In this document: in pieces, positions 49,668-59,526 of the stretch
How positions within the stretch are numbered: the first letter of the stretch is position 1
Layout: each line of letters opens with the position of its first letter
From: Candidatus Obscuribacteraceae bacterium
Lineage (GTDB): Bacteria; Cyanobacteriota; Vampirovibrionia; Obscuribacterales; Obscuribacteraceae
Length of the DNA stretch: 64,000 nucleotides
Assembly: GCA_044229845.1 (NCBI GenBank)
Contig: JBGASG010000002.1
Coordinates: forward strand, 384,001-448,000
Direction: 5' to 3'
The notes under the pieces: model-generated
What the model saw: the letters and a program-made list of their open reading frames with translations, nothing else
Databases searched by the model: none
What the model was told of the DNA's origin: nothing
Made by a program: the position numbers and the translations under genes

Positions 49668-52109
49668 GTGCCTAATCAGACCATCACAGCCAATCAGCCC
49701 CCCGCAGTCGAGAGACCCGAGGGGCAAAAGCCTGCTCTCCGACCGCGTTCAGCGACCGGCTGGCTGAACGCCGGCGTGCTGGTAACGCTGTCAGCCATAA
49801 ACCTGGTTTGCTTTTACCGGACGCTCAACGGGTATTTCGTTGCCGACGATTTCATCCACGTCACCTACCTGTCCGATGTTTTCAACGGACATGCTCATTT
49901 GCTGCTGGAGAACTTCACCTCCAACTGGATGCAAACTCACGGCACGCAGTTCTACCGACCGCTGGTTTCGCTGTCGATGGCGCTGGATTACTGGCTTGGT
50001 GCAGGCTCTGCAACGTTTTTCCACATCACCAATACGCTCTTGCAGGTCGCCTCCGCGTTCTTCCTGTTTCTCCTCACCAGTCGCCTGCTGTCCGGCAGCG
50101 GCAGCCAGCGCTGGTCGACTATTGCGGCCTTCACTACCGCCGCGCTTTTCTCCGTCTATCCACTGCATGCAGAAGTGGTCAGCTGGGCTATCGGCCGAGT
50201 CGATAGCCTGTGCACGATGTTCTATCTGGCAGCATTCTGGCTGTTTCTCAAAGGTCGGCAGGAGCGCAGCCGGATGGCGTCCGCCTCCAGCTTTGTTTGT
50301 TTCATCCTCGGCTTGCTGTCCAAAGAAATGGCAATTACCTTGCCGGCAACTCTGGCTCTCTGCTGCCTGTTTGACGAAAGCGAAGGTGGTGGCAAGCTGT
50401 ATTTCGGACAACGCCTGCGGGTTGCTGTTCGCGACACCTGGCTTTTCTGGACAGTCCTAGGCGGCTATCTGCTGGTGCGTCTGGCGGCGCTGGGGACGCT
50501 TTTCGGCGGTTACTCCGGAGCAATCGGCGAGGCTCAAGCAAACAGCTTTCTCAAACGCTGGTTGCTCGACGGCTCGTTGCGTCGCATCTTCTTCCCTCTC
50601 AATGTAGAGTTGTTCGGACCCACCGACAAAACAGCGCGCCTGTTGCTCTATGTCTATGGTGCCGCCGGTGCTCTGCTGGCTGCGCGTGCCGCCGTCTTCA
50701 GGTTGAACCTGGGTGTGTCGCGCTACTTCATTTTTGCCGGACTGTGGTTTGTGGTCGCCATGCTGCCGACTTATCAGGTGTGGAATCTGACCGAAAACCT
50801 GCAGGGCAGCCGATTTATCTATCTAGGCAGTGCACCTTTATGCCTGGCTCTGGCACTACTGATGGTACCGCTGTTCAAAGCACTGGGGCGCTACCAACTT
50901 TGGCTTTCCTGGTCCGGGGCTGCCTGCGCATTGGTGTTGGTCGTCATCTGGGGCTCCATCGCCTACAAAGATAACCTGGCATGGGCACACGCCTTTGCCC
51001 ATACACGCGACTTCCGCTCGGCAATTGCAGAGCGCGTCGCTCAGCTGCCGCCAGAGAAGAAACTGGTGCTGCTCAACGTGCCGCACAAAGAAGAAGGCGC
51101 CCACATGATTTACAACGGTTCTATGTTGGATATCCTGCTGCGCCCACCGCTGACAAGTACCGACATTTCGCGGCGCGTCATTAGCTTCGAGCCGATGACA
51201 TACGGATTTCCCGACCTGGTTGCTCCGACTCGCTTGCGGGCTCTGTCCACCAGCGCCGATCGCTATGAATTCGTTTCCTGGAACCGCAAGACCCACAAAC
51301 TGCAACCGCTGACTACCAGCCCCGCCGCATCACAGGCGGTGCATCTCGACATATCATCACTGACACCGCAACTGACGTTACCGGGAGTTTACGGCAAGAC
51401 CGCCAAGCTGGTCTCACCGCGTCTCAACGTGCCGGCAATGGCCTATGACATCGTGCGCGTCCGCCTGCGCGTCTCGCCGGCAGCAACCGACGGGAAGCCG
51501 GTCGGCATTTACTTGTTCTGGAACGGTACCAGCGATTTGTCTTATGGACCCGAACGCATGCTCTCACTGCCGGTGGTGGCAGACGGCAGTTATCATGATT
51601 ATTTGTTCCAGGTCTCCCAGCATAAGTCATGGCTGGCAGCTAACCGCATCGAGAATATCCTAATTGAATTGCCGTTTGTTGCCGGTAAAGCACACACAGT
51701 CGGCAACTCGACCCTGCTGTCCGTCGAGTCTGTCAGTCTGGAGCCCTTGTCAGCACCACGCGTGATACCGTCCAGCGCCAACCTGCGCGCCGATGAGGAT
51801 GGCGTTTATCGAAATACCGGCTGGCCGATCGCCTTCGAGATCACAGGCGCATCACCGAGTACGGCGCTGGTCGAGGTTTCGAGAGAGAGCGCCTGGTTCG
51901 AGCATTACACAGGTACATATCGGGATCAGGCGCCATCAGCGCAAGCGCTCAAGCAATTCCGCCTGTCACCGCCGAACAATCGGATCGTTCTCGAACAGGC
52001 GTTGTTTCCGTCAAGCGGATATTATCAACTGCGGGCCTTCTCGCTTGACGAGCAAGGCAAAGTGCAGGGATTCGCTTGCGATCCCGTGAATTTGCAGCTG
52101 ACGAAATGA
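49668..52109 (+). CDS. GT-C-like polytopic membrane protein (putative glycosyltransferase), paralogue 1
   Basis: ADDF after TM1, YRPL, PLHAEVVSWAIGR, SKEMA; many TMs and a large C-terminal soluble domain. Confidence 0.75.
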   Translation: MPNQTITANQPPAVERPEGQKPALRPRSATGWLNAGVLVTLSAINLVCFYRTLNGYFVADDFIHVTYLSDVFNGHAHLLLENFTSNWMQTHGTQFYRPLVSLSMALDYWLGAGSATFFHITNTLLQVASAFFLFLLTSRLLSGSGSQRWSTIAAFTTAALFSVYPLHAEVVSWAIGRVDSLCTMFYLAAFWLFLKGRQERSRMASASSFVCFILGLLSKEMAITLPATLALCCLFDESEGGGKLYFGQRLRVAVRDTWLFWTVLGGYLLVRLAALGTLFGGYSGAIGEAQANSFLKRWLLDGSLRRIFFPLNVELFGPTDKTARLLLYVYGAAGALLAARAAVFRLNLGVSRYFIFAGLWFVVAMLPTYQVWNLTENLQGSRFIYLGSAPLCLALALLMVPLFKALGRYQLWLSWSGAACALVLVVIWGSIAYKDNLAWAHAFAHTRDFRSAIAERVAQLPPEKKLVLLNVPHKEEGAHMIYNGSMLDILLRPPLTSTDISRRVISFEPMTYGFPDLVAPTRLRALSTSADRYEFVSWNRKTHKLQPLTTSPAASQAVHLDISSLTPQLTLPGVYGKTAKLVSPRLNVPAMAYDIVRVRLRVSPAATDGKPVGIYLFWNGTSDLSYGPERMLSLPVVADGSYHDYLFQVSQHKSWLAANRIENILIELPFVAGKAHTVGNSTLLSVESVSLEPLSAPRVIPSSANLRADEDGVYRNTGWPIAFEITGASPSTALVEVSRESAWFEHYTGTYRDQAPSAQALKQFRLSPPNNRIVLEQALFPSSGYYQLRAFSLDEQGKVQGFACDPVNLQLTK

Positions 52110-54649
52110 CAAGTTCCGACCTTTCCGAAAAACCCGCCCAGTTCGTCCTCGAACCGGCAAAGCTAGACTTCAGGAGCATCAAGACTCAGTTTCTTGCGGG
52201 TTTGATTCTGGTCTTCGTCGCAGCTCTGGCATTGTATGGAAAAACGCTGGGCATCGGCTTTCTGGGTGATGACTTCTTGCACCTCGACTATGTCTACCGC
52301 GCCTTTCAAGATGACTGGCAGCCTTTTTTGAACAACTTCACCGGCAACTGGGCCGGTTCGGAGGTGATGAAGAGCTATCGTCCGCTGACGTCGCTCTCCA
52401 TCTTCCTGGACTATTTTTTCTGGCGAAGCAATGGAGTCGGATACCACATCACTAACGTGTTGCTTCTCTTTGGATGCGCGCTGCTCACGGGACTAATTAC
52501 GCTGGAGTTGACGGGTCCAAGCGGCAACCGCCTCGGCGGCACAGCCGCCATCTGGAGCGCCATTCTATTCATTGCCTATCCTCTGCACGCCGAACCCGTT
52601 GCCTGGATGATAGGACGCGTCGACCTGCTATGCACCTTGTTCTATCTGGCCGCCGTCTTCTGTTATCTTCGCTACCGACTGCTGCGCGAACCGGCTTATC
52701 TGACCGGATCCTTCATCTGGTTCTTTGCCGCGCTAGCCAGCAAGGAAATGGCGGTTACACTACCGGCGGTGCTGTTTCTTGCCGAGCTGTTTCTGTTCAA
52801 GCCCGAGAAAGACCCGACCCTGACACAGGAAGAATCCGACCGCGCCGATCGCCGCGCCTCCAAACGCTTTCAATTGATTGCCACCTACTTCCTGGCGCTG
52901 TTCATGTTTGCCACAATTCGCACTCTCATGCTGGGCACTTTGATCGGCGGTTACGGTGATAGTTTCAGCCTGTCAGCCGGATTGCGCAATTTAGCCGACA
53001 AAGCAACGTTGCTCAAAATCATCTATCCCGCCAGCGAAGAACAACCGTTTCTTCCCTGGGTAAAACCGGTTCTGTTCTGTAGTTATCTGGCTTGCCTGTC
53101 ATCCTTTGCGGCGCGCCTGCTGCTCAAGTGCACACGCTGGTCGCCGATACTCTTTTTGATCGGATGGATCGTTGTCGGCGTGATCCCGTCCCTGCAGGTT
53201 TGGCACATCTACCCGAATCTCTCAGGCAGCCGGCTGTTCTTCCTGTCATCGGCGCCGTTATGCATACTGTTGACACTGCTGGCAGTGCCAGCCCTCGACA
53301 CTTTGAAGCGCAAATTCGTCAAGCCGGCTCTAATGGTGTCCCTGATTTCGCTGAGCGTGATCTTTGCGTGCTGGGCTTATTTAGCGGACGGCAACCTGCA
53401 AGTGTGGACCACTGCAGGTCTGCTCATGCGCGACCTGCGCAGACAGGCGATTGTGATGCTGCAAGCGACCAATCCCTATTTCTTCGTCTTGCTGGCCGAC
53501 TTGCCGCCCGATTATAAAGGCGCCATGATGGTGGGGCGCGAACAGTATCTGCGCATTCAATTGCGTCCTCCGATTGCTCCCGGGGACGTCAATGACCGAC
53601 TGCTGACCCTCGAGCCGGTAGGCGCCGGCAGCCGTGAATTCATCTGGCCGGGACAGGTCAAAGATGCCCTGAAATCCCCGATGGTCACTTCATATCGCTG
53701 GTATCCACGCGAAGGAAAGTTCATTCCATTTGGACCCACTTCCGGAGCCGGCGAATATTCTTTTGATGCCAACGAATCGACCGCCGCTCAGCTGAAGTTC
53801 GAGCCGTCCAATGTGGTTTTGTCCAGTGAAGACAAATGGAAGGTCGAAGCCGAACATGCTTCCTGCGCCACCGTGTTGAAGAATATGGTGCGCATTTATC
53901 CCGGCAAGGAAGCGGTAACGGTAATGCTGCCGCGCACCGAGATCGACCCGCGTCAAGCCGGCGTCGTCAGTTTGCACACAGACATCACATCTACCGACGG
54001 CTGCAAGGGATGTTATGCCGACCGCGTGCGCATTTTCTGGGACGCTGAGAGCAATGACGGCACTGTCAAACGATGTTCAGCCCAACTGGTCAACAACGCA
54101 CCGGGATATCTAATGTCCTGGCTCGGCAGATATCGGGACTGGACCCTGGCGAAAAGAATCGTCGATGTCGGTTTGATTCTGGCACCGGGCGAGTATTATG
54201 CGGATTTTCAGCAGTTGCGCCTGATGCCGGCCGAACTGGGAGTGCCGCAGCTGAAAGTAGCGAAACCCTATACGGCGACTACTCTGCAAGTCCTCGAGAA
54301 TCCAAAGGACAATACGGCGCTCGCCTACGACGTCAGCAAAATTCAAGGCGCTCAATCGGCAGTGATGGTCTTTACTAAACCCGGCACCACATTTGATGCC
54401 ACCAGTGAATCCGATGCTCTCTCCAACCGTCCCACCATCGGCGATACCGCCGAGTATTTAGCGGAAGTGCCGCTGGTTGGCGTTAAGGGTATCGCAACCA
54501 TACCGCCGGCGGTGCTTTCCTCTCCCGGCATTCACCAGGCGCGCGTGATCGCCTACAGCGCGGACAAGCTGCCGCGCGGACTGGCAAGTGAACCGGTAAC
54601 ACTACTGATCAGGGAAAAGGAAACGCCAACCGCTAATGAACAAAAATAG
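52106..54649 (+). CDS. GT-C-like polytopic membrane protein, paralogue 2
   Basis: GDDF, YRPL, PLHAEPVAWMIGR, SKEMA; ATGA overlap with paralogue 1. Confidence 0.75.
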   Translation: MTSSDLSEKPAQFVLEPAKLDFRSIKTQFLAGLILVFVAALALYGKTLGIGFLGDDFLHLDYVYRAFQDDWQPFLNNFTGNWAGSEVMKSYRPLTSLSIFLDYFFWRSNGVGYHITNVLLLFGCALLTGLITLELTGPSGNRLGGTAAIWSAILFIAYPLHAEPVAWMIGRVDLLCTLFYLAAVFCYLRYRLLREPAYLTGSFIWFFAALASKEMAVTLPAVLFLAELFLFKPEKDPTLTQEESDRADRRASKRFQLIATYFLALFMFATIRTLMLGTLIGGYGDSFSLSAGLRNLADKATLLKIIYPASEEQPFLPWVKPVLFCSYLACLSSFAARLLLKCTRWSPILFLIGWIVVGVIPSLQVWHIYPNLSGSRLFFLSSAPLCILLTLLAVPALDTLKRKFVKPALMVSLISLSVIFACWAYLADGNLQVWTTAGLLMRDLRRQAIVMLQATNPYFFVLLADLPPDYKGAMMVGREQYLRIQLRPPIAPGDVNDRLLTLEPVGAGSREFIWPGQVKDALKSPMVTSYRWYPREGKFIPFGPTSGAGEYSFDANESTAAQLKFEPSNVVLSSEDKWKVEAEHASCATVLKNMVRIYPGKEAVTVMLPRTEIDPRQAGVVSLHTDITSTDGCKGCYADRVRIFWDAESNDGTVKRCSAQLVNNAPGYLMSWLGRYRDWTLAKRIVDVGLILAPGEYYADFQQLRLMPAELGVPQLKVAKPYTATTLQVLENPKDNTALAYDVSKIQGAQSAVMVFTKPGTTFDATSESDALSNRPTIGDTAEYLAEVPLVGVKGIATIPPAVLSSPGIHQARVIAYSADKLPRGLASEPVTLLIREKETPTANEQK

Positions 54650-55775
54650 CGATCTCCCCATCGAAGCAAAGGCGATACGCGTGACGCTCGTCGTTCTGAC
54701 GGCGGCATTGATCGTCTGGCTGAGCTATCAGTTGCGCATCGTCATTATCGATGTATTGTTGGCCGTGATCATAGCCGCTGCTATCGCTCCGGTTGCCGAC
54801 AAAGCCGAGATTAAGAAAATACCGCGCACAGCCACGGTCGCAGCCGTATATATCGTCGTCACCCTGTTCTACGCTGGTGTCGGACTGGCACTGTCTAAGC
54901 CGCTGCGCGAACAGGCTGACCTGTTCAAACAACACCTGCCGCGGTATCACCAACAAGTCAACGACGTCTACGAGCAACTCAAAGAACGCTCCGACGAGTG
55001 GGCTAACCAATATGCCGGCGTGGATCTGTTCGAAGACGAGGCTCCGCAACCGGACGCATCCACGCACGCGCCATCAACGGCGCCTCCTGAGCCGCAGCCA
55101 AAACCGCGTAAACTGGAACCGGGCAAGTTGCAAGACGTAGCCACGCGCGTTGCCCGCGAAACCCTCTCCATCACCGCTGGTCTTTTCGGAGCGCTGCTCA
55201 ACGCCGTGCTGGTTCTTTTTCTGGCTGCTTATTTCGTGGTGGAAGCAAAAGTGATCTGGCATGCCTTGCTGCAATGGGTGCCGCCGGATAAGCGCGAACG
55301 CGCCCGCGGGTTGATTGATCCGCTCGGTTATCGCATGGGTGGATATGTACGCGGACAGGTGCTGGTCAGCACGGCGGTGGCAGCCGTTTTCGGAGTCGGT
55401 TTTACGGTGATCAACCTGCAATACTCATTTGTGCTCGCTATTATGGCCGGTCTATTCAACTTGATTCCATTCGTGGGCTCGATGCTGATTACAGTGCTGG
55501 CAGTTTTGATCGCCGCCAACACAGGCGGTCCAATTTTGATTGCACTGACGCTGGTCGTTTTCGCCTGTGAACAGTTTCTGGAGAGCAACTTCATAGTGCC
55601 GCACCTCTTGGGCAAGCAGGTCGACATGCATCCGTTGCTGGTGTTGCTGGCCATTCTGGTGGGCGGCACACTGGCCGGTGCGCTGGGCGCCATAGTTGCC
55701 GTTCCCGTCACTTCGGCGCTTCTCTATCTGGCGCAAGAGTTTTATGTCAAACCAATTAACGAAACGCCGGCATAA
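54636..55775 (+). CDS. AI-2E (PerM/TqsA) family transporter
   Basis: GYVRGQ, NLIPFVG, QFLESNFIVP, MHPLLVLLAILVGG. Confidence 0.93.
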   Translation: MNKNSDLPIEAKAIRVTLVVLTAALIVWLSYQLRIVIIDVLLAVIIAAAIAPVADKAEIKKIPRTATVAAVYIVVTLFYAGVGLALSKPLREQADLFKQHLPRYHQQVNDVYEQLKERSDEWANQYAGVDLFEDEAPQPDASTHAPSTAPPEPQPKPRKLEPGKLQDVATRVARETLSITAGLFGALLNAVLVLFLAAYFVVEAKVIWHALLQWVPPDKRERARGLIDPLGYRMGGYVRGQVLVSTAVAAVFGVGFTVINLQYSFVLAIMAGLFNLIPFVGSMLITVLAVLIAANTGGPILIALTLVVFACEQFLESNFIVPHLLGKQVDMHPLLVLLAILVGGTLAGALGAIVAVPVTSALLYLAQEFYVKPINETPA

Positions 55776-55855
55776 CCTCAACATCAACACAACGCGCCGC
55801 CGGCAAGCCGACTTGCCGTAAATGCTCGGCTAAGTCATTATGTTGATAGGGAGTC

Positions 55856-56188
55856 TTGGGGACCAAAGATATGCTATGCCCATCGTGCGGTAATGCCGTC
55901 CATTCCGCTCAATGCCCCCAGCAGACGCAGGGACAGCATGGTTCGGGTCTGCGTGCCCAGGTTTTTGAAGTGATTGTCAGACAAGCCATGGCCGGTGCGC
56001 CCTGGCGGGAGATCTGCAGCGGTCCCATGCAGGTCAATCGGATAACCGAAGCAGAGGTGGAAGATGAGATCAGAAAACGAGGCGGCGACTCGGAAAGCGG
56101 AGTCGGCGCTAGAAAACCTACCGGTCCATTTTCGCCGTTCAGTTCAATAATGAAATTCTTTGCCCCCAGAAATCATGACGCTCAATGA
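55856..56188 (+). CDS. Small hypothetical protein with CxxC..H..C motif
   Basis: LCPSCGNAVHSAQCP; GGGAG RBS. Confidence 0.65.
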   Translation: MGTKDMLCPSCGNAVHSAQCPQQTQGQHGSGLRAQVFEVIVRQAMAGAPWREICSGPMQVNRITEAEVEDEIRKRGGDSESGVGARKPTGPFSPFSSIMKFFAPRNHDAQ

Positions 56189-56223
56189 CGCTGGAATCCC
56201 GCTAGTCCCAGGAAGGTCCCACC

Positions 56224-56694
56224 ATGTTATGCAAAGACTGTGCACTAGGTCCCGAATCACAACTGCCGTATTGTGCTCGTTGCGGTGAGCAGATTCATCT
56301 TTTCAGTGATCCGGTCACGGATGAAGAGATAGAAACTGTTTTCTCAAACCTGCTCGGAGTTAAAGTCCCGAAGAACAAAGGCAAGCGCGGCAAGACAAAG
56401 GAAGAAACAGCACCGTGTGCGCACGACGCCACTGCGCTGTTTTCCCAGATCAAAACGGAGTTGCAGGGCATCATCAAGGAAGATGGCTTGAGCGCCGCCT
56501 CGCGGGCTAGCCTAAGCAAGATTCTGCGGTTGATGCATCCACTCAGCCTGGAATTTCGCAAACTCGAAGCACTGGTGCAAATTGCCGATGCTGAAGGACG
56601 CCTGCAGCAAAGCATGTCGCGCGAGTTGCATTGCACGACTGCCGAGCTTCTCAAACCGCGCCCCGATGAAAACGGCGGTCACACCACTTCGTAG
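56224..56694 (+). CDS. Zinc-ribbon hypothetical protein
   Basis: CKDC...CARC near the N-terminus. Confidence 0.7.
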   Translation: MLCKDCALGPESQLPYCARCGEQIHLFSDPVTDEEIETVFSNLLGVKVPKNKGKRGKTKEETAPCAHDATALFSQIKTELQGIIKEDGLSAASRASLSKILRLMHPLSLEFRKLEALVQIADAEGRLQQSMSRELHCTTAELLKPRPDENGGHTTS

Positions 56695-56712
56695 ATTCAT
56701 CCCGAACTAAGT

Positions 56713-57468
56713 CTAGCGCGGTCTTGCTTGCGGAACGTCAGGCAATATCGACGGCCGCTCGATCCAAGTCAGATGCCGGTCGCCGCGCTGGATAAAGGCT
56801 TCGGCAAGCGTCATGGTGTTGCTGGCGTCGGGCACGGACATCGCCCATTCATATTCGTCGGGCGTCAGGATTTTGAAAGGCAAAAACCAGATGTCGTTAG
56901 CGTTCACCGTATCGTCCATGGAGAGAATCAGCTGGGCGCGCAGTGTGTCCCCAACATAAGGGATGCCAAAGAGCGCACCCATGAATCCGTTCTGTCCCAC
57001 CAACGACGCCAGCTCAGGCACAGGCGGAACGGCAAGCGTCATGCACCCGAAGTGTTTGAGGCGAGATTTCAGATCAAATCGCTCCGCCACCATCCAGTCG
57101 GTCGCTGCCCAAAGCAACGTCGGCACCCAGCTGCTCGCAATGCCCTCATCACTGCAATCCGGTAAGCGGCGCTTGGGCACCTCGACTGCCGCTTCGAATG
57201 CAAAATCGTACGGAGGCGGTTGCTGATGCAAGGCGCGATCCCACGGGTCCGAGATGCCGTCGGTGGTCACGATCACGCTGTCGCCGCAATCAATGATCCG
57301 CAGTTTGCCGATTGCCTGTGCCGGCCACATGAAGACTTCTGCACCGCCCCCTGTTGTGCGGATGGGCATAGTTCTGGATAGTACTTTCTCGCTCACCTTT
57401 CCCAGGTTATGGAAAGTGTTCTCCCGAGCCTGGGCGCGGTCAGCCAGCAGCTTGGCGTAGTAGTCCAT
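56713..57468 (-). CDS. Hypothetical protein, SUFU-like (tentative)
   Basis: VTTDGISDPW...FAFEAAVE and ILTPDEYEWA resemble bacterial SUFU-domain motifs; GAGGA RBS. Confidence 0.55.
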   Translation of the reverse strand: MDYYAKLLADRAQARENTFHNLGKVSEKVLSRTMPIRTTGGGAEVFMWPAQAIGKLRIIDCGDSVIVTTDGISDPWDRALHQQPPPYDFAFEAAVEVPKRRLPDCSDEGIASSWVPTLLWAATDWMVAERFDLKSRLKHFGCMTLAVPPVPELASLVGQNGFMGALFGIPYVGDTLRAQLILSMDDTVNANDIWFLPFKILTPDEYEWAMSVPDASNTMTLAEAFIQRGDRHLTWIERPSILPDVPQARPR

Positions 57469-57515
57469 GGTTCCTCAGCTCCCCAAACATTGCGCCGAGC
57501 CGATCATACCTGATG

Positions 57516-57543
57516 AAAAAAACCCGCGGGTGACCGCGGGTTT
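57516..57543 (-). terminator. Intrinsic terminator after the IS OrfA-like gene
   Basis: Minus strand AAACCCGCGG-tcac-CCGCGGGTTTTTTT. Confidence 0.85.
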
Positions 57544-57607
57544 CTGACTGGAATGGCCGATGCCTGGGAGATGGCACCAGGTTTGGGTTTCCATAGGTTT
57601 ATCTGAG

Positions 57608-58096
57608 CTAGGAGGCCGAAACCGTTTCTGAATTGGTTTTGGCGTTAGTGGTCATGGCAAGAGCGCGGCTGAGTGCATCCACTTCCTCTTGCTTGCGGGC
57701 AAGAGCTTCTTCCAGTTCTTGGATTTTGGTTTCCAGATCTTTTACAACGCTGATTGGAACAATCTTGGCGCCCGACTTGACAGTGAGAGCCAGTTCTTCA
57801 GTGAGTTGCCGGCGCCAGGCGAAAAGAAGCCGCGGTGCAATGCCATACTTGCGGGCAACCGCAGAAATACTGGCTCCGGGCCCTTCGGTTTCGCGAACGA
57901 TGGCCTTTTTCTCTTCGTTAGTCCAACGACGTCTGCGATGCACCGCTTTTGGTGCGTCATCGCGCAGATTGAAGGAATGGCGCGATTCGAAAGATGTCGA
58001 TTCCTGTTCTTCTTGTTCGGCTTCTTCTTCCGTTTCTACAGCGGGTATGTACGCCGACTTGTTGAGGTTGAGATCCGAATCATACTGAGCACCCAT
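57608..58096 (-). CDS. Orphan IS3-family (IS2 OrfA-like) HTH/leucine-zipper protein
   Basis: RRRRWTNEEKKAIVRET..PGASISAVARKYGIAPRLLFAWRRQ plus zipper; no DDE OrfB nearby; GGAG RBS before ATG 58096. Confidence 0.8.
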   Translation of the reverse strand: MGAQYDSDLNLNKSAYIPAVETEEEAEQEEQESTSFESRHSFNLRDDAPKAVHRRRRWTNEEKKAIVRETEGPGASISAVARKYGIAPRLLFAWRRQLTEELALTVKSGAKIVPISVVKDLETKIQELEEALARKQEEVDALSRALAMTTNAKTNSETVSAS

Positions 58097-58425
58097 ATCG
58101 TTTATCTCCAAATTTCTAAATCAGGCAGTGGGGTTGTCAAAGCAAGCCTAATCCACGAAATGTGCATCTCGCGAATCGGTTTAATTAGTTCATGTGAACT
58201 GCGACCACTATAAGTTTTACCGCTTCCAGCCCATGTGTAAATGCAGGGTAACCCCGAGTGTTATATGTTGTTCTCAGCAACGCACATGGCCAAAGTGCCC
58301 CGAAACTAACCGGCGAAGCTCAGGTTTTCAGGCGCCAGTGTGGCGGATCAGCTTTCAGAAATTCGTGACATAGGACGTAATCGACTTTTCCACTCGACTT
58401 TGTTGGAAAATCCAGCCAAAGCTGG

Positions 58426-59526
58426 TCAGAAGCCCGACTTAGCGTCCTCTCGCTGCTCGTTTTCCAACAAGCGTGTTGGAAAATTGTCGACTCTGCTATC
58501 AAAAAGCTTTGATGCCTCCATCTCCCGGAGCAGCTTTCCGACCAGTGCTGGGCCTTCGTACACGAGTCCCGTATATAGTTGAACGGCGGACGCGCCCGCC
58601 TGCAAGAAGTCCTGTACATCGGCAGCTGAGCGCACGCCGCCCACTCCGATAATTTGCTGGTTATCAAGTTTTCTCTTGCTCAGTTCCCGGCAGGTAGCAA
58701 CTGAAAGTGCGTGCAGAGGCGGTCCGCTCAGCCCACCTCGACCGATCGCCGACACGATGCTGCCTGAAGTGTGCAAAGCATCTCGTGTTGTTGTCGTATT
58801 GCCGCATACATAGCCAGCCAGAGCAAACTCATCAGCAACCGCGACTATGTCGTCCAACAGCGTTGGCGAACTGTCGGGGGAGACCTTTATAAGAATGGGC
58901 ACTTTGCGCTCGTTGAGCGTCTGCACCTCGAAGAAAATTCGACGCAATTCCTCGCGCTCCTGGATGCAGCCGTCATGCGTGTTAGGGCAGCTGGCATTGA
59001 ACGCGAAATACAGGACGGGCAAATCTTTGACTTGCTTGAATGACACCACGACATCTTTGACTGCTTCATCTCCGACTACATCAGGATGATTTGTTTTGGC
59101 AATGTTGATGCCGATCGGCAAGGACAGTTTCGCCTTTCTCAAACGTGCCGCAACTGCCGCTGCGCCCTCGCCGTTCAAACCCAACCGATTGATCAACGCT
59201 TCGTCAGCCGGCAATCTGAACAGTCTGGGTTTCTCATTGCCCGACGATGGACGTCCGGTCACAGAACCTATTTCCGCGAACCCGAAGCCCATCTCCCCGA
59301 GCACCGAAACCAGCCTACCATTCTTATCAAATCCGGCTGCCAATCCCACCGGATTCGGCACCACCGTTCCAAACAGATTTGTCTTTAATTTCGGTGAACT
59401 ATAAGGGTTTGCCACCGCCCGCACCAATCCGGCGCCGCCAAGGTGCTCCAGAGACCCCGAAACCATATGGTGAGCGGTCTCGGCATCTAGTCTGAATAGG
59501 AAGGGGCGAATGAGTTGTTTGTACAA
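58426..59526 (-). CDS. pyrD: Quinone-dependent dihydroorotate dehydrogenase
   Basis: NPVGLAAGFDKNG, GNEKPRLFRL, INRLGLN, KVSPD, GGLSG, QLYTGLVYEGP. Confidence 0.96.
   Translation of the reverse strand: MYKQLIRPFLFRLDAETAHHMVSGSLEHLGGAGLVRAVANPYSSPKLKTNLFGTVVPNPVGLAAGFDKNGRLVSVLGEMGFGFAEIGSVTGRPSSGNEKPRLFRLPADEALINRLGLNGEGAAAVAARLRKAKLSLPIGINIAKTNHPDVVGDEAVKDVVVSFKQVKDLPVLYFAFNASCPNTHDGCIQEREELRRIFFEVQTLNERKVPILIKVSPDSSPTLLDDIVAVADEFALAGYVCGNTTTTRDALHTSGSIVSAIGRGGLSGPPLHALSVATCRELSKRKLDNQQIIGVGGVRSAADVQDFLQAGASAVQLYTGLVYEGPALVGKLLREMEASKLFDSRVDNFPTRLLENEQREDAKSGF

Noticed and set aside
57608..58111. Active insertion sequence
   Set aside because: No DDE transposase, terminal inverted repeats or target duplication visible; reported as an orphan OrfA instead.
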